A stretch of DNA of 64,000 nt, from sequence record NC_019521.1; one strand, given 5' to 3'. The notes below the pieces were generated by a model. That model had not been told where the DNA came from. It did no database searches and saw only the letters and a program-made list of their open reading frames with translations. Of this stretch, positions 26,424-35,396 are shown in pieces. The position numbers and the translations under genes were made by a program. How positions within the stretch are numbered: the stretch's first letter is position 1; each line of letters starts with the position of its first letter.

Positions 26424-28346
26424 ATGGCAAAACTTTCTAATGAAGAAATCTTAGACAAATACAGAATGAAGGATGAGATAGAACATATCTTAACTCGTTC
26501 TGAAATGTTTGTCGGTTCTAAAGCTCCAGAAACTAAAGTAACAAACATTATCAATTCTGAAGATAAAGTTGAATCTCAAAAAATCACATACATTCCAGCG
26601 GTTTTAAAAGTTATCGATGAGGTATTATCTAACTCAGTTGATGAATATCGTCGTAATATAGCTGGAACTTCTAATTCAGGTGTTACTAAAATCGATATCG
26701 AAATTAGGAGAAATGGTCATATAACAATTCAAGATAATGGAGGTATTCCAACGGATATTCACCCATTAACAGGACAACCAATTCCAGCTTTCTTATTTTC
26801 GAATCTACGTACATCAACAAACTATGATGATACTAAATCAAGAAACGTAACTGGTACAAATGGTGTTGGTGCTGTGTTAACAAATATCTTTTCAAATCGT
26901 TTCACTGTAAAAACTTCATTAAATCCAAAAGGTCAAACATATATCAAGACTTGGGAAAACAACCTTTCAGTAACTAAGGATGATGTATTCGAGAAATCTA
27001 AAGGATTTAAAGGTTCGATATTTGATTTCGAAATCGATATGAGTCGTTTCTCTTTGGATGAAAATCAAGAAGAGATTATTAACGATGAAGTGTTATCATT
27101 ATTCAAACGTCGTTGTATTGATGCTGCGGGTGCTAATCCAGGTTTAACTATATCTTTGAAAATCGAAGATTATGAGAGAACTTGGAAATTCAATTCGTTC
27201 AAAGATTATATCAGTACTTTCAGTGGTATCGATGCTTCAAAATTGATTGGTGAGAAAAACGATCAATGGGAAATTTACTATTATCCAAATGCTGATAAGG
27301 AAGCTTACGAGATTGGATTCGTAAATGGTGCTGAATGTAATATCGGTAGACATTTCGAAGTTGGTGTTGTTGAAGCTGTTGAAGCTTTAGGAAGACTTCT
27401 TAAACGTAATAAACTTACATGTGATTACAGACAATTCGTAAATCATTGTCATGTATTCATTAACATGAATGTTCCAAATCCAGTATATTCGAATCAAACA
27501 AAAGAAAAACTTTCAACAAAGGCTGACAAACTTACAGAAAAAGGAAGACCAGCTTTATCTCAAGGATTAAAACGTTTATTATGTGAATCCGAAATAATTC
27601 AACTTTTATTAGATTGGCATGAACAATCTAAGAAAGCTGGAGAACGTAAGAAACTTAGAGATTTAGCTAACGAACAAGCTAAGAAAGTTAAGGTTGCGAA
27701 ATTGGTAGATGCTAACGCTAAAACTAATCGTAACGAATGTGAACTTTGGGTTTTTGAAGGTGAATCTGCATCATCTGGTTTTAGAAATGCTCGTAATCCT
27801 GAAACACAAGCTAAATACGATTTGAAAGGAAAAGTAATGAATACTTTCGGTATGTCAAGACTTCAAATCTTTCAAAGAAACGTTGAATATCGTGATATGG
27901 TAACAGCGATTAACTTACCAATCGATAATTCAAAAATCGATTTCGAATCTTTACGATATGGTAAAATCATCATAACAACTGATATGGACGTTGATGGTGA
28001 TTCAATTGCTGCTCAGCTTATAAGTTTCTATTATCATAATTATCGTGAGTTATTAGAAGCTGGAATGATTTACAGAGCTATCGCACCGATTATCTCAGCT
28101 GAGAAAGATGGTGAAGTTAAATTGTTTTATTCTGTTAAAGAATTCAATGATTCTGGATTACGTGGTTGGTCAGTGAGATATTTAAAAGGTACTGGTTCTA
28201 TGACTTCCGATGAATATACAGAAATGATTCAGAACTCACATTTACAACAATTGAAAATCGATGGAGAAACTGGAAGAGTTCTTGAGGACTGGTTCTCAAA
28301 TGATATTTCAAGACGTAAGAAATATTTCGAAGATGAGTTGGCATAA
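26424..28346 (+). CDS. Type IIA topoisomerase ATPase/TOPRIM subunit (T4 gp39+60 / GyrB-like)
   Basis: KVIDEVLSNSVDE, DNGGIP, GTNGVGA (GHKL); FEGESA, DMDVDG (TOPRIM). Confidence 0.95.
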   Translation: MAKLSNEEILDKYRMKDEIEHILTRSEMFVGSKAPETKVTNIINSEDKVESQKITYIPAVLKVIDEVLSNSVDEYRRNIAGTSNSGVTKIDIEIRRNGHITIQDNGGIPTDIHPLTGQPIPAFLFSNLRTSTNYDDTKSRNVTGTNGVGAVLTNIFSNRFTVKTSLNPKGQTYIKTWENNLSVTKDDVFEKSKGFKGSIFDFEIDMSRFSLDENQEEIINDEVLSLFKRRCIDAAGANPGLTISLKIEDYERTWKFNSFKDYISTFSGIDASKLIGEKNDQWEIYYYPNADKEAYEIGFVNGAECNIGRHFEVGVVEAVEALGRLLKRNKLTCDYRQFVNHCHVFINMNVPNPVYSNQTKEKLSTKADKLTEKGRPALSQGLKRLLCESEIIQLLLDWHEQSKKAGERKKLRDLANEQAKKVKVAKLVDANAKTNRNECELWVFEGESASSGFRNARNPETQAKYDLKGKVMNTFGMSRLQIFQRNVEYRDMVTAINLPIDNSKIDFESLRYGKIIITTDMDVDGDSIAAQLISFYYHNYRELLEAGMIYRAIAPIISAEKDGEVKLFYSVKEFNDSGLRGWSVRYLKGTGSMTSDEYTEMIQNSHLQQLKIDGETGRVLEDWFSNDISRRKKYFEDELA

Positions 28347-28360
28347 CTCATCTTCGTTTT
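28328..28360 (+). terminator. Terminator overlapping the topoisomerase stop codon
   Basis: CGAAGATGAGTT-ggcat-AACTCATCTTCG-TTTT. Confidence 0.85.
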
Positions 28361-28369
28361 AATACATAT
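28361..28369 (+). promoter_or_regulatory. Late-type promoter AATACATAT
   Basis: Variant directly after a terminator. Confidence 0.6.
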
Positions 28370-28393
28370 TTTATAAGCTATAAGACCAACAAA

Positions 28394-29653
28394 ATGCAAG
28401 ACAAAATTGAATTAGCTAAAGAACTATATAAATCTGGAAACGTAAAGGAGTTACAGGAATACTTGAGTATGTTGTTTACTGAAGAATCAGTTTCATATGT
28501 CGAATATGGAATGATTTATAATGTAAACGCTTCAAGTGAGGAAGAAGCTTCTAAATTACTAGAACTTGGTATTAAAGAATCGAGTGATTCTAATGCGATG
28601 GAAGCTTTTAACGTAACTTCAGTAATGGTTTTCAGTAAGACTAAGAAATATTCTATGGGTGTTTCTGGTGAAGTTTACAATTTCTTTCAAAACTCTGAAG
28701 GTGATTGGTTCATTGGCTATCCAAACGCTGAGGAACATGGTAAACAATTTGTCAAATATACATTTAACGATATCATATCGAAAGTAACGGAATTATCTAT
28801 CGATATTGATACCGACTTTAATTATCTTCAAACTTTCTTAAATAAACAAATCATTCCAGAATACGGTTCATTTGTATTTTTGAACGATTTCATATACGAA
28901 CAATTTAGTCCTACTAACGAACCTAAATCAAACAAGCCTCCAATGTATTACAAATTGGATGTTAATCGAAAAGGTTTAAGTTCTATGTTAGAAGAAATCA
29001 ATGTCAAGTTTCCAGAATATGTAAATGATGACGATGATTTCTGTAAATTGTTATTGTCACTTCCTTCTTCTCAGGGTTTTTATCGAATCCATTGTATTTC
29101 ATTCGATTATAATGGAATAGCTTACATGATTCATAAAGCTATCGACAAACCAAATCTTTATCATTTCGCTTACGGTTCTATAACAGAACTAAAGACTATT
29201 CCTGAAATCATACAGTATCTTAAAACTGCTAAAGAAATCAATCTTGGTTATCTAATGTTCGATGACTTGTATGAAACTATCGTTGAAGAAAATCCTGAAC
29301 TAGTTGAATCTTATTTCAAAGCTATCGCTGAATATGAAGACAAATTTGATAAACCTTGGGATAGGGTTAAAGGATCATTTGAATCAAATATTCAAATCGA
29401 TGTTGAGAAATCAAGATACACTAAATTAGCTTTACTTTCTGAATATTCGACAATCATGGAAAATGTAGCAAATCCAAATTACATCAGATTGCTATATTGT
29501 GAACTTACGAATGTTAAATGTTTCTTCGATGCTAACTTGAACATTTACATATCGATCAATGGTTCTAACGAAATCGGGAAATTTGAGAACATTACAGAAT
29601 TTGAGAAAGCTCTAGAACGAATTTACTTGAATACCAAAAACTTTATGAAATGA
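28394..29653 (+). CDS. Hypothetical acidic late protein
   Basis: 419-aa ORF. Confidence 0.75.
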   Translation: MQDKIELAKELYKSGNVKELQEYLSMLFTEESVSYVEYGMIYNVNASSEEEASKLLELGIKESSDSNAMEAFNVTSVMVFSKTKKYSMGVSGEVYNFFQNSEGDWFIGYPNAEEHGKQFVKYTFNDIISKVTELSIDIDTDFNYLQTFLNKQIIPEYGSFVFLNDFIYEQFSPTNEPKSNKPPMYYKLDVNRKGLSSMLEEINVKFPEYVNDDDDFCKLLLSLPSSQGFYRIHCISFDYNGIAYMIHKAIDKPNLYHFAYGSITELKTIPEIIQYLKTAKEINLGYLMFDDLYETIVEENPELVESYFKAIAEYEDKFDKPWDRVKGSFESNIQIDVEKSRYTKLALLSEYSTIMENVANPNYIRLLYCELTNVKCFFDANLNIYISINGSNEIGKFENITEFEKALERIYLNTKNFMK

Positions 29654-29979
29654 AACATATAACTAATTTTGAACTTAACGAAAGTTTGGCTGACATCAAA
29701 CAAAAAGAACATACCAAACTTTCTAAAAAGGTATTACCGATAGTCAATACAATGATTAACTTAACTGTTTTATGTATTGCTATTTTCATGCTTGTCACAT
29801 TTACGATTGAATCTTTATCACATGTCGAATCTAGATCGATATTCGATAAGATTGCATACGTTATTCTAAGATTCTTACGAAGTGCTGTTTTGATAGGTTC
29901 GTTATATCTATCGATAAAGGTCGTTTTCACATTCTTCAAATATCTATATAAAAAGCTATCAGGTGGTACTGAAGTATAG
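29650..29979 (+). CDS. 2-TM membrane protein with capsid-targeting-like N-terminus
   Basis: MKHITNFELNES followed by two hydrophobic helices; ATGA coupling. Confidence 0.65.
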   Translation: MKHITNFELNESLADIKQKEHTKLSKKVLPIVNTMINLTVLCIAIFMLVTFTIESLSHVESRSIFDKIAYVILRFLRSAVLIGSLYLSIKVVFTFFKYLYKKLSGGTEV

Positions 29980-30007
29980 ATTTTGATTCATTCCGTTACA
30001 TTACATG

Positions 30008-30056
30008 AACCCAAATTTCTTAGATGATATTTTATATTTCTTTGGAATTTGGGTTT
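30008..30056 (+). terminator. Hairpin/terminator
   Basis: AACCCAAATTTC...GGAATTTGGGTT. Confidence 0.6.
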
Positions 30057-30061
30057 AGCTG

Positions 30062-30070
30062 TATACATAT
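30062..30070 (+). promoter_or_regulatory. Late-type promoter TATACATAT
   Basis: Exact motif. Confidence 0.7.
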
Positions 30071-30101
30071 CATGTATTAAAAATTAAAAGATAGTAACGA
30101 A

Positions 30102-30911
30102 ATGGGTAAACTTGCAAAGCACTTAACAATCAATTCAAATTCAACAGAAAATTATCCGAAAATCATTCATTTCGTTTTTAACAATCATACTGAAAAATAC
30201 TACGAAGGTATTGTTTCAGAGATCGTAAAACTTAATTGTGAAGCTGGTAAAACTGTTATCGAATATTCTTCAGAGAATATCGACGAACATGGAAACATTG
30301 ACAATAGACCAGTAAGTAATGCGACTATCGTAAATCTTGTAAACTATTTTCCAGAATCTTATGATTACGATCATGAGGAAGTCTTATCGAAATATTATCA
30401 TTCGACTATAGTTCAAGAACTTATCGAATACTGTAACTTATCGAATTTGATTTTACTTAACGTAAATATCGATAACTGTTTTATGACAGCCCTTAATGAT
30501 ATTCATCAAAAGGATAAAATCGAAATCTTTCTAGAATCGAAAATAGAAAGAACACTTTTATTGAAGAATTCTAATACCGTTTGTAACGTATTCTGTTCTT
30601 ATATTTACGATAAGAAGACATTATCAGGTATTATATCAGATAACGACATTTACTTGAACAATAGATATCTAATCTTTCCAATAACGTTAAGAGAGTTTTC
30701 TACAGATTTATTGAACTTCTTATATCATAGTTGTTTTGATATCGTTAGACAAACTTACATATACGGTGAAGAACTTGAGACTATGTTCACATTCGTTAAG
30801 AACAATGTCGTAAATCCTGACAAAGTTCATGAGATACTAGATTTCATGTCAGATTCTAATGTTTACAATTATCATAACGAGCATATCGACACACTCATAT
30901 TCTACAAGTAA
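30102..30911 (+). CDS. Hypothetical protein
   Basis: 269-aa ORF. Confidence 0.75.
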   Translation: MGKLAKHLTINSNSTENYPKIIHFVFNNHTEKYYEGIVSEIVKLNCEAGKTVIEYSSENIDEHGNIDNRPVSNATIVNLVNYFPESYDYDHEEVLSKYYHSTIVQELIEYCNLSNLILLNVNIDNCFMTALNDIHQKDKIEIFLESKIERTLLLKNSNTVCNVFCSYIYDKKTLSGIISDNDIYLNNRYLIFPITLREFSTDLLNFLYHSCFDIVRQTYIYGEELETMFTFVKNNVVNPDKVHEILDFMSDSNVYNYHNEHIDTLIFYK

Positions 30912-30921
30912 AAAATAGATT

Positions 30922-30970
30922 GAAAGTTTCAGTTACGTAACTGAAACTTTCTTTCATTTCGTAGTACTAT
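30922..30970 (+). promoter_or_regulatory. Early promoter whose -35 lies in a perfect 30-bp palindrome
   Basis: GAAAGTTTCAGTTAC/GTAACTGAAACTTTC; TGAAAC-N17-TACTAT. Confidence 0.85.
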
Positions 30971-30999
30971 TCATATAATTAATAAAATTCATTTCAAAT

Positions 31000-32490
31000 A
31001 TGGCAAAACGTAGAAACGTTAAATCTTTATCAGAAATACCTAATGCTGAAAATCCTGCTAGAAAAATCAGGATAGATTCGTTAGATGTTACTGATTACAT
31101 GCAAACAAAATATCTAACATACGCAAAATATGCAGTAGCGAAACGTGCTGTTCCGTCATTAATCGATGGATTCAAAACTGGAGCTAGGAAAATATTACAT
31201 GCTGCTTTAAATGGTTCAGCTAAGAAAGGTTCTGATGTAAAATGTTTGAACTTAGTTGGTGACGTTTATTCATTATCGGGATATGATCATGGTGATTCTT
31301 CATTGTATTCGACAATGTTAACGTTATCATCAGATTTCTCGGATAACTTAGCACCATTATTTATCAAAGGTCAAGGTGGTACTTTACGTGATCCTGACGC
31401 TGCTGCAGCACCAAGGTATCTTTATATTCGTTTATCGAAATATACAAATCTGTTATACAAAACAGATTACGATATTTTGAAATTCGATGTTTCTGAGGGT
31501 GAAACTCATGAACCTCAATTCTATCTTCCAATCATTCCAACAGTTTTAACATCAAATACTTCTGGTATCGGTGTTGGTTATGCTTTCTCTTCAATGTCTT
31601 ATAATCCATTGGATTTGATTGAAGCGATAAGAAACTATTTAGCATATGGTTACATTACTTCGGTAAGACCATACGTTAAAGGTTTAACAGAAAACGCAAG
31701 ATGGTTCTTTACTGATGATAGATGGCATTGTCAAGGTCATTATGAAATCGTTAGAGCTACAAAACGTGGTGAGAAAAATAAGATAGTTGTAAACGAATTA
31801 ACTTTCGATAAAACTTTCTTAAATATCGAATCACATTATGATACGTTAGTTGATTCAGGAATAATCGAAGACTGGGTAAACAATTCAAGAGGTTCGAAAA
31901 TCAAATACGAATTATACTTTAAGACTGACGAACAATTCGAAAAAGCTATTTCAGATGTTTGGAATCTTGAGTTGAATATTCTTAAGAACATTTCGAAAGT
32001 TGAAAAGGATAATCTTACTGTTATGGACGAAAACGATAAGATTAGATATTTCGAAAAACCTGAAGCGTTGATCGAATACTTTACTAAGTTCAGACTTGGT
32101 AAATATAACGATCGTAAAGATGCTATGACTAAGAAAATCAATGAAAGAATCGAAAGAATCAATATGCTTCTTAAATTCATTCAGTTAGTTATAGATTCGA
32201 AAATCGTTCTTTCAAATCGTTCAATCAAAGACGTTAAAGCTGATTTGGATAAACATAAGATTTTACATGATGTATTGTCAATGCCAATATCCAGAATTAC
32301 TAAGGAGGAATTCGAAAAACTTAAGAAAGAATCTAAAGAATTGGATGCTGAACTTAAACGTTTATTGAATACTTCAATCGAAGAAATGTATCTTAACGAT
32401 TTAGACGAATTGGAAAAATCGATTCAAGAGGATTTCTTAGACCAAGACGAATTACCGTTAGAAATTGAAGAAGTTGAAGAGTCTGAATAA
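31000..32490 (+). CDS. Type IIA topoisomerase breakage-reunion subunit (T4 gp52 / GyrA-like)
   Basis: RAVPSLIDGFKTGARKIL, YDHGDSSL, AAAPRY catalytic Tyr, GIGVG. Confidence 0.95.
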   Translation: MAKRRNVKSLSEIPNAENPARKIRIDSLDVTDYMQTKYLTYAKYAVAKRAVPSLIDGFKTGARKILHAALNGSAKKGSDVKCLNLVGDVYSLSGYDHGDSSLYSTMLTLSSDFSDNLAPLFIKGQGGTLRDPDAAAAPRYLYIRLSKYTNLLYKTDYDILKFDVSEGETHEPQFYLPIIPTVLTSNTSGIGVGYAFSSMSYNPLDLIEAIRNYLAYGYITSVRPYVKGLTENARWFFTDDRWHCQGHYEIVRATKRGEKNKIVVNELTFDKTFLNIESHYDTLVDSGIIEDWVNNSRGSKIKYELYFKTDEQFEKAISDVWNLELNILKNISKVEKDNLTVMDENDKIRYFEKPEALIEYFTKFRLGKYNDRKDAMTKKINERIERINMLLKFIQLVIDSKIVLSNRSIKDVKADLDKHKILHDVLSMPISRITKEEFEKLKKESKELDAELKRLLNTSIEEMYLNDLDELEKSIQEDFLDQDELPLEIEEVEESE

Positions 32491-32514
32491 GACTCTTCAT
32501 TAATTTTGTCACAT

Positions 32515-32697
32515 ATGAAAATTAAGAAAAAGTACATAGGATGGATAGGATTCATCCGTTTCGAGAAAGTTGAGATTTCCTGGAATTTCAGGAATATCGC
32601 TTTACCATTGTCCTTCGATTTTACAGGACCGTTAGCGTTTGTTCAAATACTATTCATAACGTTCATTTTCCCAATGAGCAAAGACTATCATCTGTAA
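32515..32697 (+). CDS. Hypothetical small hydrophobic protein
   Basis: ATG at 32515 preferred over TTG at 32506. Confidence 0.6.
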   Translation: MKIKKKYIGWIGFIRFEKVEISWNFRNIALPLSFDFTGPLAFVQILFITFIFPMSKDYHL

Positions 32698-33098
32698 TGG
32701 AATTCAATATAAAGAAATTAAGTGATTTCGTTTTTGTTATTGACTGTACTGTCAGATTCAAGCCTTTTAATAAACTAACGATATTCAAAAGAACATTCAG
32801 AATGTATAAAGAATGTTCACAATACGTTTCTACAGCATTAGACGAAGGTCATTACGAGAAAGTTCCAAACAAATTAGTTACTTTCGAAAGTTTAGAAGAG
32901 GCTGGAAATTTCATAACTTTACTTAAAGAAGATATCGTTACCAAGAAACGTATGGATGAATACGACGATTTAAGTAAAAATGCTGTGTCATATAATAGAC
33001 ATATATCAGCTTTCCAGAATTTCACTATTCATGTAAAGAATTTGAATTTCGAGGAAGATAAGTTCGTTAGTAAATCAAGTAGAATCAAAATAAACTAA
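32697..33098 (+). CDS. Hypothetical protein, paralog 1 of 3
   Basis: Shares the F..F.IFK and L.F.x(L/Y)E.A..(F/Y) pattern with the next two ORFs. Confidence 0.7.
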   Translation: MEFNIKKLSDFVFVIDCTVRFKPFNKLTIFKRTFRMYKECSQYVSTALDEGHYEKVPNKLVTFESLEEAGNFITLLKEDIVTKKRMDEYDDLSKNAVSYNRHISAFQNFTIHVKNLNFEEDKFVSKSSRIKIN

Positions 33099-33099
33099 T

Positions 33100-33345
33100 A
33101 TGTCGTTAGCAAAAGTAGTTTCGTACAAACCAAAAAGATATAAACTAAATGACAGTTTCAATATCGTTAGAACTGTAAGGATCATGATATTTCATAGATT
33201 TACGATTTTCAAAATTTCTAAGATTATGTCTGAAGAAGTTGAATCTAATGTGTTCGTTAATGGTACTGACAAAGTCAAAAGAGAATTAGTTTTCAATGAT
33301 TATGAATCAGCTAAAAGATATTCTGAGAAATTAGCAAAAATCTAG
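33100..33345 (+). CDS. Hypothetical protein, paralog 2 of 3
   Basis: IFHRFTIFK...LVFNDYESAKRY. Confidence 0.7.
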   Translation: MSLAKVVSYKPKRYKLNDSFNIVRTVRIMIFHRFTIFKISKIMSEEVESNVFVNGTDKVKRELVFNDYESAKRYSEKLAKI

Positions 33346-33350
33346 ATCAA

Positions 33351-33680
33351 ATGATTAAGAAACAAATAACTTACGAAATTAAACAACATGGTAAGAACTT
33401 CTATAAAGTTAGATGTATCAAGTCTTTCAAGTTCTTTGGTAGTATTTTTCTTAAACTAAAGAATTATCTTTATACTGACGTAGATAGAAACGATCCCGAA
33501 TTTACTATTATCGATCGTAAGATTATCTTGTTCAATACTTATGTAGATGCTGAAAGATACATTTCTAAACTTCGTATAAAAACTGAAACTTCCGAATTCG
33601 AAAAAGAGAAATCTAAACTTGAAAGAGATTACGTTGTTTACGAACCAGCAACTGAAACTTTTCGAAGTCCTAAAGTATAA
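33351..33680 (+). CDS. Hypothetical protein, paralog 3 of 3
   Basis: FKFFGSIFLK...ILFNTYVDAERYI. Confidence 0.7.
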   Translation: MIKKQITYEIKQHGKNFYKVRCIKSFKFFGSIFLKLKNYLYTDVDRNDPEFTIIDRKIILFNTYVDAERYISKLRIKTETSEFEKEKSKLERDYVVYEPATETFRSPKV

Positions 33681-33681
33681 T
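33653..33681 (+). promoter_or_regulatory. Early-type promoter TGAAAC-N17-TATAAT
   Basis: Exact consensus within the upstream CDS end. Confidence 0.75.
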
Positions 33682-33700
33682 ATATTCAAATTTATCAACT

Positions 33701-33883
33701 ATGATTACAGTAAAAACTGAATTAGAATCCTATCCATTACATGCTGGATATACGTCAATTAAGGATGAAGCTCAATCAATTCTTAACAAGCGTATTCAAA
33801 AGAAAGCTTTGAAAGAAGCTAAAATCAAGAAAATTCGATCTGAAAGAAAACGTAAACGAATCCATTCTAAACGTAATCGATAA
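33701..33883 (+). CDS. Small K/R-rich protein ending KRNR
   Basis: 60 aa with a basic tail. Confidence 0.7.
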   Translation: MITVKTELESYPLHAGYTSIKDEAQSILNKRIQKKALKEAKIKKIRSERKRKRIHSKRNR

Positions 33884-34023
33884 TGGTAGCAAATCCATTC
33901 CTATCTGACATGATTCCTAAAGACTTTAAGAAAGCTCAACAGGAATTAAAAGCCAAAAAGAAAGCTGTAAAAGCTCGTAAGCTTAGAAAGAAACGTAATA
34001 ATCATAAGAAACGTAATCGATAA
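33883..34023 (+). CDS. Small K/R-rich protein ending KRNR (not in ORF track)
   Basis: MVANPFLSDMIPKDFKKAQQELKAKKKAVKARKLRKKRNNHKKRNR; TAATG coupling at both ends. Confidence 0.75.
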   Translation: MVANPFLSDMIPKDFKKAQQELKAKKKAVKARKLRKKRNNHKKRNR

Positions 34024-34457
34024 TGAAAATAGATTTAGAAACATTCAAAGAACGTTTAAAGAAATCATTAGATCGTTATGACCGTCACATATCTTTAGAT
34101 TCTATAAAACTTAGATGTGAACGTGAGATTCTCATCGATAGATTATTCAATAAGCTTCTATTCAGTGAAGATAAAGAAGCTTACAGATATTTCAAAATCG
34201 TATCTAACGGTAAAGCACTTTATGGATATGTAATGAAATCAGCCCTTGGACATGATGGTATAATAAGATACAATTCTGGTGTCCGATACTATCTAGGACA
34301 CGATAACTATAAATTGAAGGTTACGTATCTTGATCCAGTTGAACAGACTATAAAATATGAAACGTTTTCATTAGATTCTATAACTAGTATCGAAGTTTGT
34401 AAGAAACATGATTTCGATACATTAGTTGGAATGTTTTCAACTTTCGGATATGAATAA
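34023..34457 (+). CDS. Hypothetical protein
   Basis: 144 aa, TAATG coupling. Confidence 0.75.
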   Translation: MKIDLETFKERLKKSLDRYDRHISLDSIKLRCEREILIDRLFNKLLFSEDKEAYRYFKIVSNGKALYGYVMKSALGHDGIIRYNSGVRYYLGHDNYKLKVTYLDPVEQTIKYETFSLDSITSIEVCKKHDFDTLVGMFSTFGYE

Positions 34458-34815
34458 ATCAAGATATACTAACGAAATCGAATATATCTTATGTGCTGCT
34501 ATTTGGTACAAAGATGAAACGAAAGTCAAATTGAACGATAAAGAACAATTACGTTTAAGAGGTTTCCAACCTTACAATATCGATAAGGGATTTGTCGTTA
34601 CTGGTTGGAGACATGGAAACGTAATATCAATATTTAACGCTTTGACAGGATTACGTTCGGTTACATTTGGTAAGGATTCATGTGGTGAACATACTCAAGG
34701 ATTTCTAACTTCATGTAATAGATTCGTGGATCGTAAAGAAGGTGGTGAAATTGCATTTGCTGCTAATCAAACTAAAGAATTAAAAACATATTTATTTTCA
34801 GAAGATTTATACTGA
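34450..34815 (+). CDS. Conserved-looking phage hypothetical protein
   Basis: YILCAAIWY..GWRH..QGFLTSCNRFVDRKE; start moved to MNKSRY. Confidence 0.75.
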   Translation: MNKSRYTNEIEYILCAAIWYKDETKVKLNDKEQLRLRGFQPYNIDKGFVVTGWRHGNVISIFNALTGLRSVTFGKDSCGEHTQGFLTSCNRFVDRKEGGEIAFAANQTKELKTYLFSEDLY

Positions 34816-34816
34816 T

Positions 34817-35041
34817 ATGAAATACTTCAAGGACTGGAACAAGGAAACTAAAGAATTCGAAAAGTTTGAGAAAGAATTTGATCAGTCATTAGTCAGAAAA
34901 GAAAAAGAAGTTAAGACTAAAACAGATGATTCCATTTCTTCAGACGATTACGAAATGAATACATTTAGTAGAAACGAAAGAATCGAGGAAGATTCATTCG
35001 ATGGGATGTTTTCAGGTAAATATTCAAAAGACAATTGCTAA
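34817..35041 (+). CDS. Hypothetical small acidic protein
   Basis: 74-aa ORF. Confidence 0.65.
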   Translation: MKYFKDWNKETKEFEKFEKEFDQSLVRKEKEVKTKTDDSISSDDYEMNTFSRNERIEEDSFDGMFSGKYSKDNC

Positions 35042-35042
35042 T

Positions 35043-35396
35043 ATGGATAAACTTATAACTTTCGAAAGAGATACTGACAATCGTTGGTATGCTGTTTTAC
35101 CTGAATGGGAAGGTGAACGTGAAGAACTTGAAATGGTTCAAGGTGCTGACATAATGCTTGATATTTTGTCAATGAACTTTAATGATAATCATGACAGAAT
35201 TCAATTAGTTCTATCTACTGAATTACCTACTGGTAAATATGACAGATTCTTAACACTTAATTCTATACCTGATAACTCTTCATGTGGTATGAATTACATG
35301 TGTATTGGTGTCGAACTTAAATTTCCAGTTTGGTTATGTGATGTAACTACTTTCGTATTTGGAAAATTCCCTGAAACTATTTACGTGCTATACTAA
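35043..35396 (+). CDS. Conserved-looking hypothetical protein
   Basis: RWYAVLPEWEG..LEMVQGADIMLD..VWLCDVTTFVFGKFPE; start moved to MDKLIT. Confidence 0.75.
   Translation: MDKLITFERDTDNRWYAVLPEWEGEREELEMVQGADIMLDILSMNFNDNHDRIQLVLSTELPTGKYDRFLTLNSIPDNSSCGMNYMCIGVELKFPVWLCDVTTFVFGKFPETIYVLY

Noticed and set aside
30102-30911. Degenerate RecA/DnaB-like fold (KTVIEYSSE)
   Set aside because: There is no Walker A and the resemblance is too weak to support a call.
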